Below, in pieces: positions 37,178 through 46,714 of a stretch of 64,000 nt of DNA. This DNA is from a candidate division WWE3 bacterium (GTDB lineage: Bacteria > Patescibacteriota > WWE3 > JAPLWK01), in assembly GCA_026396615.1 (NCBI GenBank), contig JAPLWK010000008.1, positions 75,817 through 139,816 of the forward strand. The letters are read 5' to 3'. Position numbers and translations under genes: made by a program. The notes beneath the pieces were generated by a model. That model ran no database searches and was not told the DNA's origin. It saw only the letters and a list, made by a program, of their open reading frames with translations. Each line of letters starts with the position of its first letter. Position 1 is the stretch's first letter.

Positions 37178-39380
37178 AAGGCGATTTCCCACTATCATTA
37201 TGGCCCTGACTGCGCGGTCTAAAAGTCGGCCGAGGGCCGCGATCAAAGGATGGTCGAGGCGGCCGTGGGGCCCGAACTTGCTCCACATACCCTTCAGGCC
37301 GTGGTTCTAAAGCCTTTTTAGAGAGGCTAATTTTACCCTCATCATTCACGCCGACTACCTTGACCTTAAATTTGTCGCCAACTTTAACCTTGTCGTCAAT
37401 CCGATCAATGTACTCGTAGGCGAGTTCCGAGACGTGGACTAAACCTTCTTTACCAGGCAAATATTCCACAAAAGCCCCAAAGTCCATCACTTTTTTAACC
37501 GTAGCGTCAAACTCTTCGCCAATGGTGGCTTCGTGAGTCATCGCCAAGATTTCTTTAATGGCCTGTTCTCCACCTACCGCATCAACGGCCGCTACATACA
37601 CACTACCGTCTTCTTCAACATCAATCGTCGCTCCGGTCCGGGCAATAATGTCGCGGATAGTTTTGCCACCAGGCCCAATCAGCAGACCAATTTGATCGGT
37701 CTTAATTTTTAAGGTCGTAATGCGAGGAGCATGCGCCGACAGTTCAGTTCGCGGGACGCTAATCGTTTCGGCCATTTTATCTAAAATAGTCAAACGGGCC
37801 TTTCGTGACGCCGCGATGATTTCGGACATTTGCTGTAAAGTAAGTCCGTGGCATTTAATGTCCATTTGAATCGCGGTCACGCCTTCTTTGGACCCGGTCA
37901 TTTTAAAGTCCATGAAGCCATAAAAGTCCTCAAAGTTGGCGATGTCGGTTAAGATTTGATACTGGGTTTCGTCTTCATTAAAGACTATCCCAATGGCAAT
38001 CCCGGCAACCGGAGCCTTAATAGGCACCCCGGCATCCATTAGCGACAAGCTGGAACCGCAAGTGGCCGCCATCGATGAAGATCCTTGTTGTGATAGGATT
38101 TCAGAAACCACTCGAATGGCGTATGGAAACTCTTCTTTAGAAGGAATGACCGGAAGGAGTGCCTTTTCCGCCAACATCCCATGCCCAATTTCACGCCTTC
38201 CTGGTGTGCTATTCTTCCCAATTTCGCCCAAAGAGAAAGCTGGACCATTATAATGGTGCATGTAGCGTTTAGTAGTTTCGCCATACATGTTTTCGATCGT
38301 CTGTTCCAGCGACATGCTGCCGAGTGTAGTCACAACTAAGCCTTGGGTTAGTCCCCTCGTGAACAAAGCTGAACCGTGAGTTCGGGGCAGAATACCGATT
38401 GACATCGACAGAGGCCGAATTTCGTCAAAAGCCCGACTGTCTGGACGACGTTTTTCTTCCAGAATTAATTTCCGAGTGGTATATTTCTCAAGTTTTGCGA
38501 GTGCTTTGTTCATTTCCACTTTGGAAAACTTGCCCTCAAACTTTTCGTAAACTTTAGTGGCTAATGCCAAAGTCTGGTCGGCACGGTCTAAGTAAGTAGA
38601 ACAAATGATGTTAACCACATCATTTTTAGCAAAAGCTTCAACCGCCTCGTAAACTTCGTGATCAACATCTCGTGAAACGTAACTAATGATGTTCTGCTTA
38701 CAAGCTTTGGCAAAGTCGTCAACGAACGTTAGGAGTGGTTGGGTGGCCTCAAAACCAAACTTAATGGCCGCGAGGACCTTTTCCTCGGGAACCAGGTTCG
38801 CTCCCATTTCCATAGCGACGACCTTATCACTCGATGACGTCATGACGAGGTTAAGATCTAACTTTTCGAATTGGTTCTCACCGGGATTCAAAATAAACTC
38901 ACCATTAATCATTCCCACTCGCACGGTAGACAGCGGACCGGCCCAGGGCACGTTAGAAGCATGAAGGACAGTACTAGCCGCTAAAAGAGCTAGAGTTTCA
39001 ACGTCACCATCGTGTTCAACGGAGAGTGGTGTGACCACAAGATGAGTATCATTTAAAAAGTCTTTAGGGAAACGGGGCCGCACCGCATGGTCGATTAAAC
39101 GACCGGTAATAATCGCTTCGTCAGAAGGCCGGCCTTCACGCTTTTGAAACCGAGAGTTTTTAATGTAGCCACCGGCGTACAAGCGTTCCTCAAAGTCAAC
39201 TTTAAGCGGAAAAAAATCGGTTTCCATTTTGGGCTCGTTGCAAACCACGGTGGCTAAAACGACAGTGTCGCCGTAGCGGGCCAGCACGGCCATGTTAGTT
39301 TGGAAAGCCAGATCTCCGGCTTCCAAAACGAGTTTTTTACCTGCGAATTCGGTCTCTTTCTTAACGGAATGGGTCATCAT
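37164..39380 (-). CDS. pnp: Polyribonucleotide nucleotidyltransferase
   Basis: DFFPL, REGRP, RTHGSALFTRG, RREIGHG, GSSSMA, MDFK, KH and S1 domains. Confidence 0.97.
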   Translation of the reverse strand: MMTHSVKKETEFAGKKLVLEAGDLAFQTNMAVLARYGDTVVLATVVCNEPKMETDFFPLKVDFEERLYAGGYIKNSRFQKREGRPSDEAIITGRLIDHAVRPRFPKDFLNDTHLVVTPLSVEHDGDVETLALLAASTVLHASNVPWAGPLSTVRVGMINGEFILNPGENQFEKLDLNLVMTSSSDKVVAMEMGANLVPEEKVLAAIKFGFEATQPLLTFVDDFAKACKQNIISYVSRDVDHEVYEAVEAFAKNDVVNIICSTYLDRADQTLALATKVYEKFEGKFSKVEMNKALAKLEKYTTRKLILEEKRRPDSRAFDEIRPLSMSIGILPRTHGSALFTRGLTQGLVVTTLGSMSLEQTIENMYGETTKRYMHHYNGPAFSLGEIGKNSTPGRREIGHGMLAEKALLPVIPSKEEFPYAIRVVSEILSQQGSSSMAATCGSSLSLMDAGVPIKAPVAGIAIGIVFNEDETQYQILTDIANFEDFYGFMDFKMTGSKEGVTAIQMDIKCHGLTLQQMSEIIAASRKARLTILDKMAETISVPRTELSAHAPRITTLKIKTDQIGLLIGPGGKTIRDIIARTGATIDVEEDGSVYVAAVDAVGGEQAIKEILAMTHEATIGEEFDATVKKVMDFGAFVEYLPGKEGLVHVSELAYEYIDRIDDKVKVGDKFKVKVVGVNDEGKISLSKKALEPRPEGYVEQVRAPRPPRPSFDRGPRPTFRPRSQGHNDSGKSPYAAS

Positions 39381-39514
39381 AGATTTTGGCAAAGAAGAGG
39401 TTCTTGGAGTAAATTATTCTAACTGGTCTCAATCAAACACGTTTGGTTGACTGGGGTTAATTAGATTAATTTAGCCAAAACCTCCCTTTGAGTAATAAAT
39501 AAAAACGGTTAAAC

Positions 39515-39781
39515 CTATTTTTTAATTCCCAATTTTTTAATCAGTTCTTTATAGCGTTTTTCGTCTTTCGTTTGAATATATGCGAGGAGACGACGACGTT
39601 TGCTAACCATTTGCAGAAGTCCTCGGCGAGAATGATTATCTTTCTTATGGATCTTTAAATGCTCGGAAAGTTCTTCCATTCTCTTGGAAATCAAAGCAAT
39701 CTGCACTTCCGGAGAGCCGGTATCACCTTTATGAGTGGTGTAAGTTTGGATGACTTCAATTTTAACTTCTTTAGTAAGCAT
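39515..39781 (-). CDS. rpsO: 30S ribosomal protein S15
   Basis: [32 protein letters not shown]. Confidence 0.97.
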   Translation of the reverse strand: MLTKEVKIEVIQTYTTHKGDTGSPEVQIALISKRMEELSEHLKIHKKDNHSRRGLLQMVSKRRRLLAYIQTKDEKRYKELIKKLGIKK

Positions 39782-39828
39782 CGAGGGCCATTCTAGCAAA
39801 TCTTCCCAAAAACCGCAACAGGGGCGTT

Positions 39829-40500
39829 TTAAGCGTTTTTAAGTGCTAAAGTTAAGCCCAAAGCCAAAAACTTGGCAGCACTGGGAGTAGGACGCCAATT
39901 CCACTGCGAAAGCTTTATAAACAGCATTTCGCATAAGCTTTTAGATTGGTCATCAATGACATCAATCGTTCCAAAGCGACTGTTTTCGAGGTGCCAATCT
40001 AAATTTAAAACAGCGCTGGTTTCAAATTCTCGGCGGTTCTGCTCAAAGAAGTTTCCTAGGTCCGCAAGCCTTCGGGCCCCGAGGATGATCAGCAAATCAA
40101 GGCGCCGTTGCTGCAGGTTTGACTTGATAGCCAAAGGATCGAAGTTACGAGGTAGCGGATGAATCGAAATATTAAAAGCCTTGCCCTCAGCCCAGTAACT
40201 TAATTTCTCCACTTTTTTACCACCGGTATCCAAGGTTAAAACTAAAGTACTTTCGGTAAGATGATCCGAGATTTCCGAGGCTTCCGGCATCGCTTTTATT
40301 TCCTCGGGAAGCGGGCCGGGAAAGGAAACAGCCACCATTTTTCCCTGTGACAGGAGTAAGTCCCGTAGGGCTAAAGCGGCGTACAGACCATCAAGACCAG
40401 CGTTTGGTGAAGCCACAATGGCCACGCTTTGAGTTTCAGCGATAAGGGTTTTTAGTTGATTGTTCTCGGTGTCGGAAGTCATAACCAAAAAACCTGCCAT
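39829..40500 (-). CDS. Degenerate DHH-family (NrnA-like) protein
   Basis: [15 protein letters not shown]...RFG.I, SLCE; no DHHA1 domain; start at 40500 or 40482. Confidence 0.65.
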   Translation of the reverse strand: MAGFLVMTSDTENNQLKTLIAETQSVAIVASPNAGLDGLYAALALRDLLLSQGKMVAVSFPGPLPEEIKAMPEASEISDHLTESTLVLTLDTGGKKVEKLSYWAEGKAFNISIHPLPRNFDPLAIKSNLQQRRLDLLIILGARRLADLGNFFEQNRREFETSAVLNLDWHLENSRFGTIDVIDDQSKSLCEMLFIKLSQWNWRPTPSAAKFLALGLTLALKNA

Positions 40501-40520
40501 AGAGCAGGGTTGTAATGTAT

Positions 40521-40549
40521 ATTATAGGACATTCAGAGGAGGTTGTCAA
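40521..40549 (-). promoter_or_regulatory. Perfect-consensus sigma70 promoter
   Basis: Minus strand TTGACA-17 nt-TATAAT. Confidence 0.85.
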
Positions 40550-40561
40550 CGTCTTAACTTT

Positions 40562-40713
40562 GTCATTCCGGGCTTGACCCGGAATCCAGTAAATCAAATT
40601 ACCAATTTACAATTACCAATAACCAATCAATTTCCGAATTTTTTAATGACCAAATAATTAATCGTTAACTCATTGGTAATTGATTGAAAATTGGTCATTG
40701 GTAATTGGTAATT
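40562..40713. repeat. Solo GTCATTCC type A (40562-40592) followed by a heptamer-periodic palindrome (40597-40713)
   Basis: aattaccaatttacaattaccaataaccaat ... attggtcattggtaattggtaatt. Confidence 0.85.
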
Positions 40714-40738
40714 CTGTGACGCAAGTTATGGTAACAGA

Positions 40739-42205
40739 CTAAACTATCTCCAACAGGTCGCCTTTTTTTAGATCTGAGAACTGGGGATGCAATAAAATGC
40801 CACACTCTTTACCGGCGGTGATGATACTGGCTTCGGTTTTACCTTCTTTTAGAGATTTAATGCGACCGTTATAAATAGCCTCGGGCACGTCGCCGCGAGT
40901 TATTTTAACTTTTTCGCCAACTTTTAAGCGCCCCTTAGTAACTTTAGAACCGGCAATAACGTCACCGGAAGGCAGTGGAAACAGCGCAATTACTTCGGCC
41001 CGGCCGCGAGCCATATCGGTATCCACTATCGCTAAACCTGACAGAATCTTTTCAATATCTTCCAGCATTTCGTAAATAATAGTGTAATTCTTAACACTCA
41101 CGTGCAGATCGGCCGATTGGCGAATGGTATCATCAGTAGTTTTAACGTTAAAAGTTACTATTAAAGCGTTGCCGGCCCGGGCCATTTGCAAATCAGAGTC
41201 GTTAATAGGGCCGATGCCGCTGTGCAGAATCACGATGCATCGATCTTCTTTCTCCAACTTCTTAAAAGATCCCAGAATTGCTTCTAAGGTCCCTTGGGTG
41301 TCACTTTTGAGAAGTAAGTTTAGCATTAAAATCCCGTCTTGAGTTGTAACAACCGGTTGAGGCTTGTTGGAAATGACTGGAGCGGCGACAGCAACACTGG
41401 TTATGACCGCCCCTAAGGCTGGCAGAGTGCTTAGGCCCAAGATGACCGCCGGATCTCCAGGCTTAACCTCCGTCAGGTTTTGACCGTGATCGTCAAGTAA
41501 AGCCCGCACTTTTTCCTCTTTTTCACCCAAATAAACCTTGTCACTAACCTTTAAAGTCCCTTCACGAACGATAATAGAAGCTAAAGGGCCTTTGCGAGGA
41601 TCAAGGCGGGATTCGATGACGGAAGCATTAAGCGGCGCTTCGGGTTTAAATGGTAATTCTGCCATTTCGGCGACTAGCAGAATAAGGTCAAGTAGTTCCG
41701 GCAGTCCTTCACCGGTTTTAGCGCTCACGGGGACGGAAACCACGTCGCCACCCCAAGATTCCAGCTGAATTCCACTGCTTGATAGGTCCTGAGTGACTTT
41801 ATTAAGATTCTCGCGAGCGCCTGGCAGATCAATTTTGTTGAGGGCTACGATGATCGGAACGCCGGCCGCTTTAGCGTGACTAATTGCTTCGATGGTTTGC
41901 GGTTGCACAGATTCCGAGGCCGCGACGACTAAGATGATAATATCGGCCACTTTTCCACCCCGAGAACGCATTTCAGAAAAGGCGGCGTGTCCCGGGGTAT
42001 CAATAAAAGTTAACTTTTTATCCTTGTAAGTGATTTGGTAGGCGGCGGTGTGCTGGGTAATTCCCCCAAATTCGCTGTCAACTACGTTAGTTTTGCGGAT
42101 TGCATCAAGCAGCGAGGTCTTACCGTGATCGACGTGACCCATGATGGTCACCACCGGCGGTTTAAATTGCTGTAAGTTTTTCTCTAAAGGCTTTTTCGAT
42201 GTCAT
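40739..42205 (-). CDS. infB: Translation initiation factor IF-2 (short, no N-terminal extension)
   Basis: PPVVTIMGHVDHGKTSLLD, GGITQH, DTPGHAAF, NKID. Confidence 0.95.
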   Translation of the reverse strand: MTSKKPLEKNLQQFKPPVVTIMGHVDHGKTSLLDAIRKTNVVDSEFGGITQHTAAYQITYKDKKLTFIDTPGHAAFSEMRSRGGKVADIIILVVAASESVQPQTIEAISHAKAAGVPIIVALNKIDLPGARENLNKVTQDLSSSGIQLESWGGDVVSVPVSAKTGEGLPELLDLILLVAEMAELPFKPEAPLNASVIESRLDPRKGPLASIIVREGTLKVSDKVYLGEKEEKVRALLDDHGQNLTEVKPGDPAVILGLSTLPALGAVITSVAVAAPVISNKPQPVVTTQDGILMLNLLLKSDTQGTLEAILGSFKKLEKEDRCIVILHSGIGPINDSDLQMARAGNALIVTFNVKTTDDTIRQSADLHVSVKNYTIIYEMLEDIEKILSGLAIVDTDMARGRAEVIALFPLPSGDVIAGSKVTKGRLKVGEKVKITRGDVPEAIYNGRIKSLKEGKTEASIITAGKECGILLHPQFSDLKKGDLLEIV

Positions 42206-42392
42206 TTTTTTCTATTTCCGTAACTTTGCGCCGAAGAGCGCGATTTAAAGCATTTTTCTTAATAGCCACTTCCCAGCATTTATCGTCAAAGTGTAAATAA
42301 CCATGTCGACCCGTCCCAAATTTAAAAAGGCTCTTTTGTTGAGCCTTGCCAAAACATCCCACGCAAGTGCGAGTTTGTGGTGGCTTACTCAT
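42162..42392 (-). CDS. ylxR: YlxR/DUF448 family protein
   Basis: P.RTCVGC, GR.GYL....C...AIKK..L.RAL; located between nusA and infB. Confidence 0.8.
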   Translation of the reverse strand: MSKPPQTRTCVGCFGKAQQKSLFKFGTGRHGYLHFDDKCWEVAIKKNALNRALRRKVTEIEKNDIEKAFREKLTAI

Positions 42393-43536
42393 AAAGCTTG
42401 GCGATTTCGGTAATGGCTTTGGGGCCAACGCCTTTTAATTCTTTAACTTCATCCAAAGTCTTCGCCTTCAGTTCTTCTAATGACGTGATACCAGCGGCCT
42501 TGAGGGATGACACTGTTCTGGTCGACAACCCGGCGTCTTTGAGGCTACCCCCAGTGTCTGACTTGGAGATCGATTCGATCGGTTTTGACATTTCGGCTGA
42601 CTGAGCGGGAGTTTTAATATCAATCTTCCAACCGGTCAGTTTAGCTGCCAAGCGAACGTTTTGACCTTCTTTGCCAATCGCTAACGACAGTTGATCTTCC
42701 GGTACGAGCACTCGGGCCTCTTTAGCAGATTTGTTAAGAATAACGTCTAAAACTTTGGCCGGCGACAAAGAAGCGGCGATGAATTTATCGGTATTATCGT
42801 TGTAAGCCACGATATCAATCTTTTCGGTCCCTAACTCCGCAATGACGGCCTGGACTCGAGTCCCTTTTTGACCAACGCAACTGCCAATCGGATCAACATT
42901 TTCTTCAGTCGAAGAGACGGCAATTTTAGTGCGGCTGCCAGGCTCGCGGCTAATAGCTTCGATTTTGACCGTATCAGAAGCAATCTCTGGCACTTCCAAA
43001 GCAAATAATTCTTTTACAAATTTAGGATCGCTTCGGGAAACTATAATTTCCGGGCCCCTGGCCCCTTCGCGAATTTCTTTAATTAAAACCCGAGTTCGTA
43101 AATTAAGTTGCAAGTTTTCGGTCGGAATCTGCTCCGCTCCCGGCATTAGTCCTTGGACTTTTCCAAGGTTAATAACGGCTAAACCGCGCTCTAAACGGAA
43201 GACGTGACCGGAAGCAATAGTACCGATCTTACCGGTGTACTCTTTAATAATGGCTTCTTTTTCACTTTCCCGAATCTTTTGAAGAATCACTTGTTTGGCT
43301 GTTTGAGCGGCAATGCGGCCAAAACCGGCGGGAGTAACGTCTTCTCCGGCATTATAGACCCGCAATTCTCCGGTTAAGCCATCAACCGCGGCCGTAATAG
43401 TTTCTTCAGTCCCTCCAAAATCCCGCATATAAGCGGCCACAATCGCGGTTTTTATAGTGTCTAACACAGCCTCTTCGGAGAGTCCTCGTTCACTACAAAC
43501 TTGTTTTAGAGCGGCAGAAAATTCAGTAATAGCCAT
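42385..43536 (-). CDS. nusA: Transcription factor NusA with C-terminal alpha-CTD-like HhH domain
   Basis: FGRIAAQTAKQV, LEVPEI, REPG.RTKIAV, SLAIGKEGQNVRLAAKLTGWKIDI; tail LSTRTVSSLKAAGI...KGVGPKA. Confidence 0.96.
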   Translation of the reverse strand: MAITEFSAALKQVCSERGLSEEAVLDTIKTAIVAAYMRDFGGTEETITAAVDGLTGELRVYNAGEDVTPAGFGRIAAQTAKQVILQKIRESEKEAIIKEYTGKIGTIASGHVFRLERGLAVINLGKVQGLMPGAEQIPTENLQLNLRTRVLIKEIREGARGPEIIVSRSDPKFVKELFALEVPEIASDTVKIEAISREPGSRTKIAVSSTEENVDPIGSCVGQKGTRVQAVIAELGTEKIDIVAYNDNTDKFIAASLSPAKVLDVILNKSAKEARVLVPEDQLSLAIGKEGQNVRLAAKLTGWKIDIKTPAQSAEMSKPIESISKSDTGGSLKDAGLSTRTVSSLKAAGITSLEELKAKTLDEVKELKGVGPKAITEIAKLYE

Positions 43537-43588
43537 AAGGGCTTCAGAATAGCGCAGAATCGGGATTATGGCAAGTGTTCGATTAGTT

Positions 43589-43717
43589 AGTTATCAGTTC
43601 TCGGTTGTCTGTTGTCAGCATTTAGTTAATCGGTTTTCAGTTTGTCGGTCTAAATAACCGGTAAACAGAAAACTGGCAAACTAATATCTGAAAACCGAAA
43701 ACTGAGAACCGAAAACT
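43589..43717. repeat. 129-nt heptamer-periodic palindrome, second copy
   Basis: agttatcagttctcggttgtctgttgtcag...ctgaaaaccgaaaactgagaaccgaaaact; same length as and similar to 30794-30922. Confidence 0.85.
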
Positions 43718-43722
43718 AAAAA

Positions 43723-43744
43723 TTAAGGGCCCTCAGGCCCTTAA
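43723..43744 (-). terminator. Intrinsic terminator hairpin
   Basis: ttaagggcc-ctca-ggcccttaa, just past the stop of 43746..45092. Confidence 0.6.
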
Positions 43745-43745
43745 A

Positions 43746-45092
43746 TCATTTCTTACCCGCCGGCTTCGCAGGCTTCCCCGGGCTCCACCCACCACCCACC
43801 TGCAAAGCGGCTTCTATCTTCTGAGGAATAGATCTGGCAGTCCACACAAACCATAGTCCAATCACCCAATTAAAAATTAATCCTAAAAAAGCAAAAGGTG
43901 TTGAATTTAAGTCGCCTACAATCTGATTTATCATAATTGTAGGCCCTTTTATTAAAATGTTGGTTCCCAGGGATACAAAAAGCCACATAGCAGGTATGGC
44001 AAGAACATTACCAATTAGGGACTTAAACCAACTGGTGATCATTTCGTCTTTTCCCGGAAGAGCGCCTACCAAAAACTGCAGCGGAGCAAAGATTGTCATC
44101 AGCATTATCCTACCAAACCTTGTAAAATAGCTTATTCCAACAGCAATTAAAGCTAAGATATAAGTTACGACTAAAACTAAAAGGAGGCATAATACAAAAA
44201 GCGCAACACCAGTTCCAACACCAGAAGCTCCAGCAGCGGATAAAGCAACCACGCCCAGGGCGGAAACGACAAGTTGAACGAGAACATCTACCATATCTGG
44301 TTGAGAAAAAACGCCACCGACAACTAATTTACCAACAAAATCTCCTAAGACTGGAATTAATTTTATAGCGAAACCAGCGATTGGGTAACTAAAAGTTATT
44401 AGTAGTAAACAAACAACAACTTTTGGTAAAGCGTCCTGAACCGTAATTACCGTTTGCGGTTTAATCTCGTGTCGAAACATCACCATGAAACCGAAGGCCA
44501 CTAGAATAATCACAAATAGTAGGTAGGCTAAATTTCTGAATGCCTTCCATAAATCAAGCACCGTGGTGCCAAAAATACCATCTGCAAGAGTACCCGCAGC
44601 ATAGGCACTTTGGGGAACTAATGGCGAATCTCTCTTAATGTCATTAATATATAAAGCTAAGTTTACCGGCAGTAAATCGACTCGTTTCGGTGCTTCGGAG
44701 GTTACAGCATAAGTCACGCCTAAAAGACTAGGAGGCATAACTTGTGAAGACTGAGGTTTCATATTTGTAAGCGGAGAATTCGTAAGGCATTTTCTTACCT
44801 CAACCGTGGCAGACGCGCGATCTTTAGAAGCAGCCGTTACCTCACTCATATCACAATTACCAAAAATTAGCGTCTGAGAAGCCGCGTTTACCCCAGCCAC
44901 GGCTAAATTACTGGTCCATTTGTCCATATCTGTTGCCAAATGCCTTAAATCATTAAGAGATTTTAAACCTACAGTAGTTAGAGCAAAGTCTAGTACATCT
45001 GCTTTAACAGGTTTAGCTAAAATAAAAGAGCCAATGCTGAAAGTGCTAATGAGGATTAAAAGGATTAAAGATAGAGACAAACGAGATTTCAT
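43746..45092 (-). CDS. VirB6/TrbL-like polytopic membrane protein
   Basis: LWKAFRNLAYLLFVIILVAFGFMVMFR, ALPKVV..LLLITFSYPIAGF, R...MLMTIFAPL..L....PG....SWFK. Confidence 0.65.
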   Translation of the reverse strand: MKSRLSLSLILLILISTFSIGSFILAKPVKADVLDFALTTVGLKSLNDLRHLATDMDKWTSNLAVAGVNAASQTLIFGNCDMSEVTAASKDRASATVEVRKCLTNSPLTNMKPQSSQVMPPSLLGVTYAVTSEAPKRVDLLPVNLALYINDIKRDSPLVPQSAYAAGTLADGIFGTTVLDLWKAFRNLAYLLFVIILVAFGFMVMFRHEIKPQTVITVQDALPKVVVCLLLITFSYPIAGFAIKLIPVLGDFVGKLVVGGVFSQPDMVDVLVQLVVSALGVVALSAAGASGVGTGVALFVLCLLLVLVVTYILALIAVGISYFTRFGRIMLMTIFAPLQFLVGALPGKDEMITSWFKSLIGNVLAIPAMWLFVSLGTNILIKGPTIMINQIVGDLNSTPFAFLGLIFNWVIGLWFVWTARSIPQKIEAALQVGGGWSPGKPAKPAGKK

Positions 45093-45144
45093 AATGTTTA
45101 TGCTACAGAGTACGTTGACCGTAGTCAAGAATTACCAGATCTAT

Positions 45145-46260
45145 TTATGACGCCACTTTAACCGGCATTATTAGGTGTAGATAGTCAACTCGATCATCGA
45201 GGCGCCAGAGGCCTGGAGCGAGGGCCCCGGTGGTTTCTAAAATGATATTGTCACCACTAGTGTTGTTCATTAAATCTAGAAGATATTTGCCATTAAAAGA
45301 GATGATCAGATCGTCGCCGCTAATGGTTGCTGGAATAGCCACGGTGCTTTCCCCAACTTCGGCGGTAATCGCCGACAAAGTAATTTGGCTTTTACTCCCG
45401 TCTAATTGGACTTTAATAATATTGCTGGCATCGCGAGCAAAAATGCTACTTAAGCGAGCCGCTTTTAAGAATTCCTCTTTACTAAAAGTGCTCTTGGTTT
45501 TAAAGTCTTTGGGAATAATTCGCAAATAATCCGGAAACTCGCCTTCGAGAAGCCTCGTAATAATTAAGAAGTTTTCTCCCGAAAAAGCGGCTAAATTTCC
45601 CTCACGCTCAATCGAAATTGATAAAGGTGAAGTGCCGGAACCAACCAAACGAGCGACTTCCAAAAGAGCTTTAGCCGAAATAACCACCGGTTCTAAAGTT
45701 ATTGGCTCAGGAAGCGAAAGACGACGCTCCGCGAGTCGAAAGCCATCAACGCCGACCAGAACCAAATCGTTACCCTCAGCTTTAAGAAGAATACCGCCCA
45801 GAATGGGCCGAGCGTCGTCAGAGGAAGCCGCAAAAACGACTTCGGAAACCGCTTTGGCAAAGGCTTTAGGATCAATGGTTAAGGAAAGGTCAGCCGGAAC
45901 GGCCGGCAGACTGGGAAACTCTTCAGCGGAGAGGCCGTTAAATTTGGACTTACCGGCGGCCGTTTTTAAATAGAAAATTTCTTTTTCCAAAAAGGCTTCT
46001 ATTTCTGTCGCTGGTAAATTACTAACCACCTCAGAGATAAGACGAGCCGGCACCGAAATAGCCCCCGCTTCGGTAATAGTAGCTGGGATCCAAGTGATAA
46101 TGCTGGTTTCAAGATTGGTGGCGGAGAGTTTAAGGCGGCCATTGTCCTCGGTCGTGATTAAGACGTGACTAAGGACTGGCAGACTGCCTTTAGTAGCCAC
46201 CGCTTTGCTAACAGTCGATAATCCTTCCCGTAAATTTTCTTGGAGGCAGGTAAATTTCAC
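45145..46260 (-). CDS. dnaN: DNA polymerase III beta clamp
   Basis: MKFTCLQENL, LPVLS, ATNLE, EEFP.LP, DGFRLAE, RLLEGEFPDY, FN.KYLLD, LIMPV. Confidence 0.96.
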   Translation of the reverse strand: MKFTCLQENLREGLSTVSKAVATKGSLPVLSHVLITTEDNGRLKLSATNLETSIITWIPATITEAGAISVPARLISEVVSNLPATEIEAFLEKEIFYLKTAAGKSKFNGLSAEEFPSLPAVPADLSLTIDPKAFAKAVSEVVFAASSDDARPILGGILLKAEGNDLVLVGVDGFRLAERRLSLPEPITLEPVVISAKALLEVARLVGSGTSPLSISIEREGNLAAFSGENFLIITRLLEGEFPDYLRIIPKDFKTKSTFSKEEFLKAARLSSIFARDASNIIKVQLDGSKSQITLSAITAEVGESTVAIPATISGDDLIISFNGKYLLDLMNNTSGDNIILETTGALAPGLWRLDDRVDYLHLIMPVKVAS

Positions 46261-46261
46261 T

Positions 46262-46714
46262 CTATTTGACCACAGAAACGACAATGTGTCTCTCGTAACC
46301 TTCGCCGGCAGATTCGGATTTCATCCCAGGCATTGTGCCAATGACAGTATGAATTAAACGTCTTTCGAAAGGCGGCATCGGCGGTAAATCAATGGCTTTA
46401 TCTAAAAAGCGGGCTCGGTCGCAGGCATTGGTCGCAATCTCTCGCAGTCTGGCTTCGCGCTCTGAAGCATAGCCCGAAATATCTAACCTTAAATCAACCC
46501 ATTCGCCATACTTATTGTATAAAGCCAAAGCCAACCAGGTTTGCAAAGAAGCTAAAGTTTCGCCGTGATAACCAATCAGTATCCCGAGATTCTCTCCGTC
46601 GAGTGACACCCCAAGTGTTCCTTCAACCTCAGTGACAGAGACTTTGGCTGGCATCGCCAGTTTCTCAATTAGTTCGGTAGTTAAGTTTTGTAAAGTTTCA
46701 ATTTTTTCCGGCAT
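46262..46714 (-). CDS. jag: Jag/EloR-like KH-R3H RNA-binding protein (no N-terminal Jag domain)
   Basis: LIGYHGETL.SLQ, PM..FERRLIH, SES.GEG..R.IVV. Confidence 0.9.
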   Translation of the reverse strand: MPEKIETLQNLTTELIEKLAMPAKVSVTEVEGTLGVSLDGENLGILIGYHGETLASLQTWLALALYNKYGEWVDLRLDISGYASEREARLREIATNACDRARFLDKAIDLPPMPPFERRLIHTVIGTMPGMKSESAGEGYERHIVVSVVK

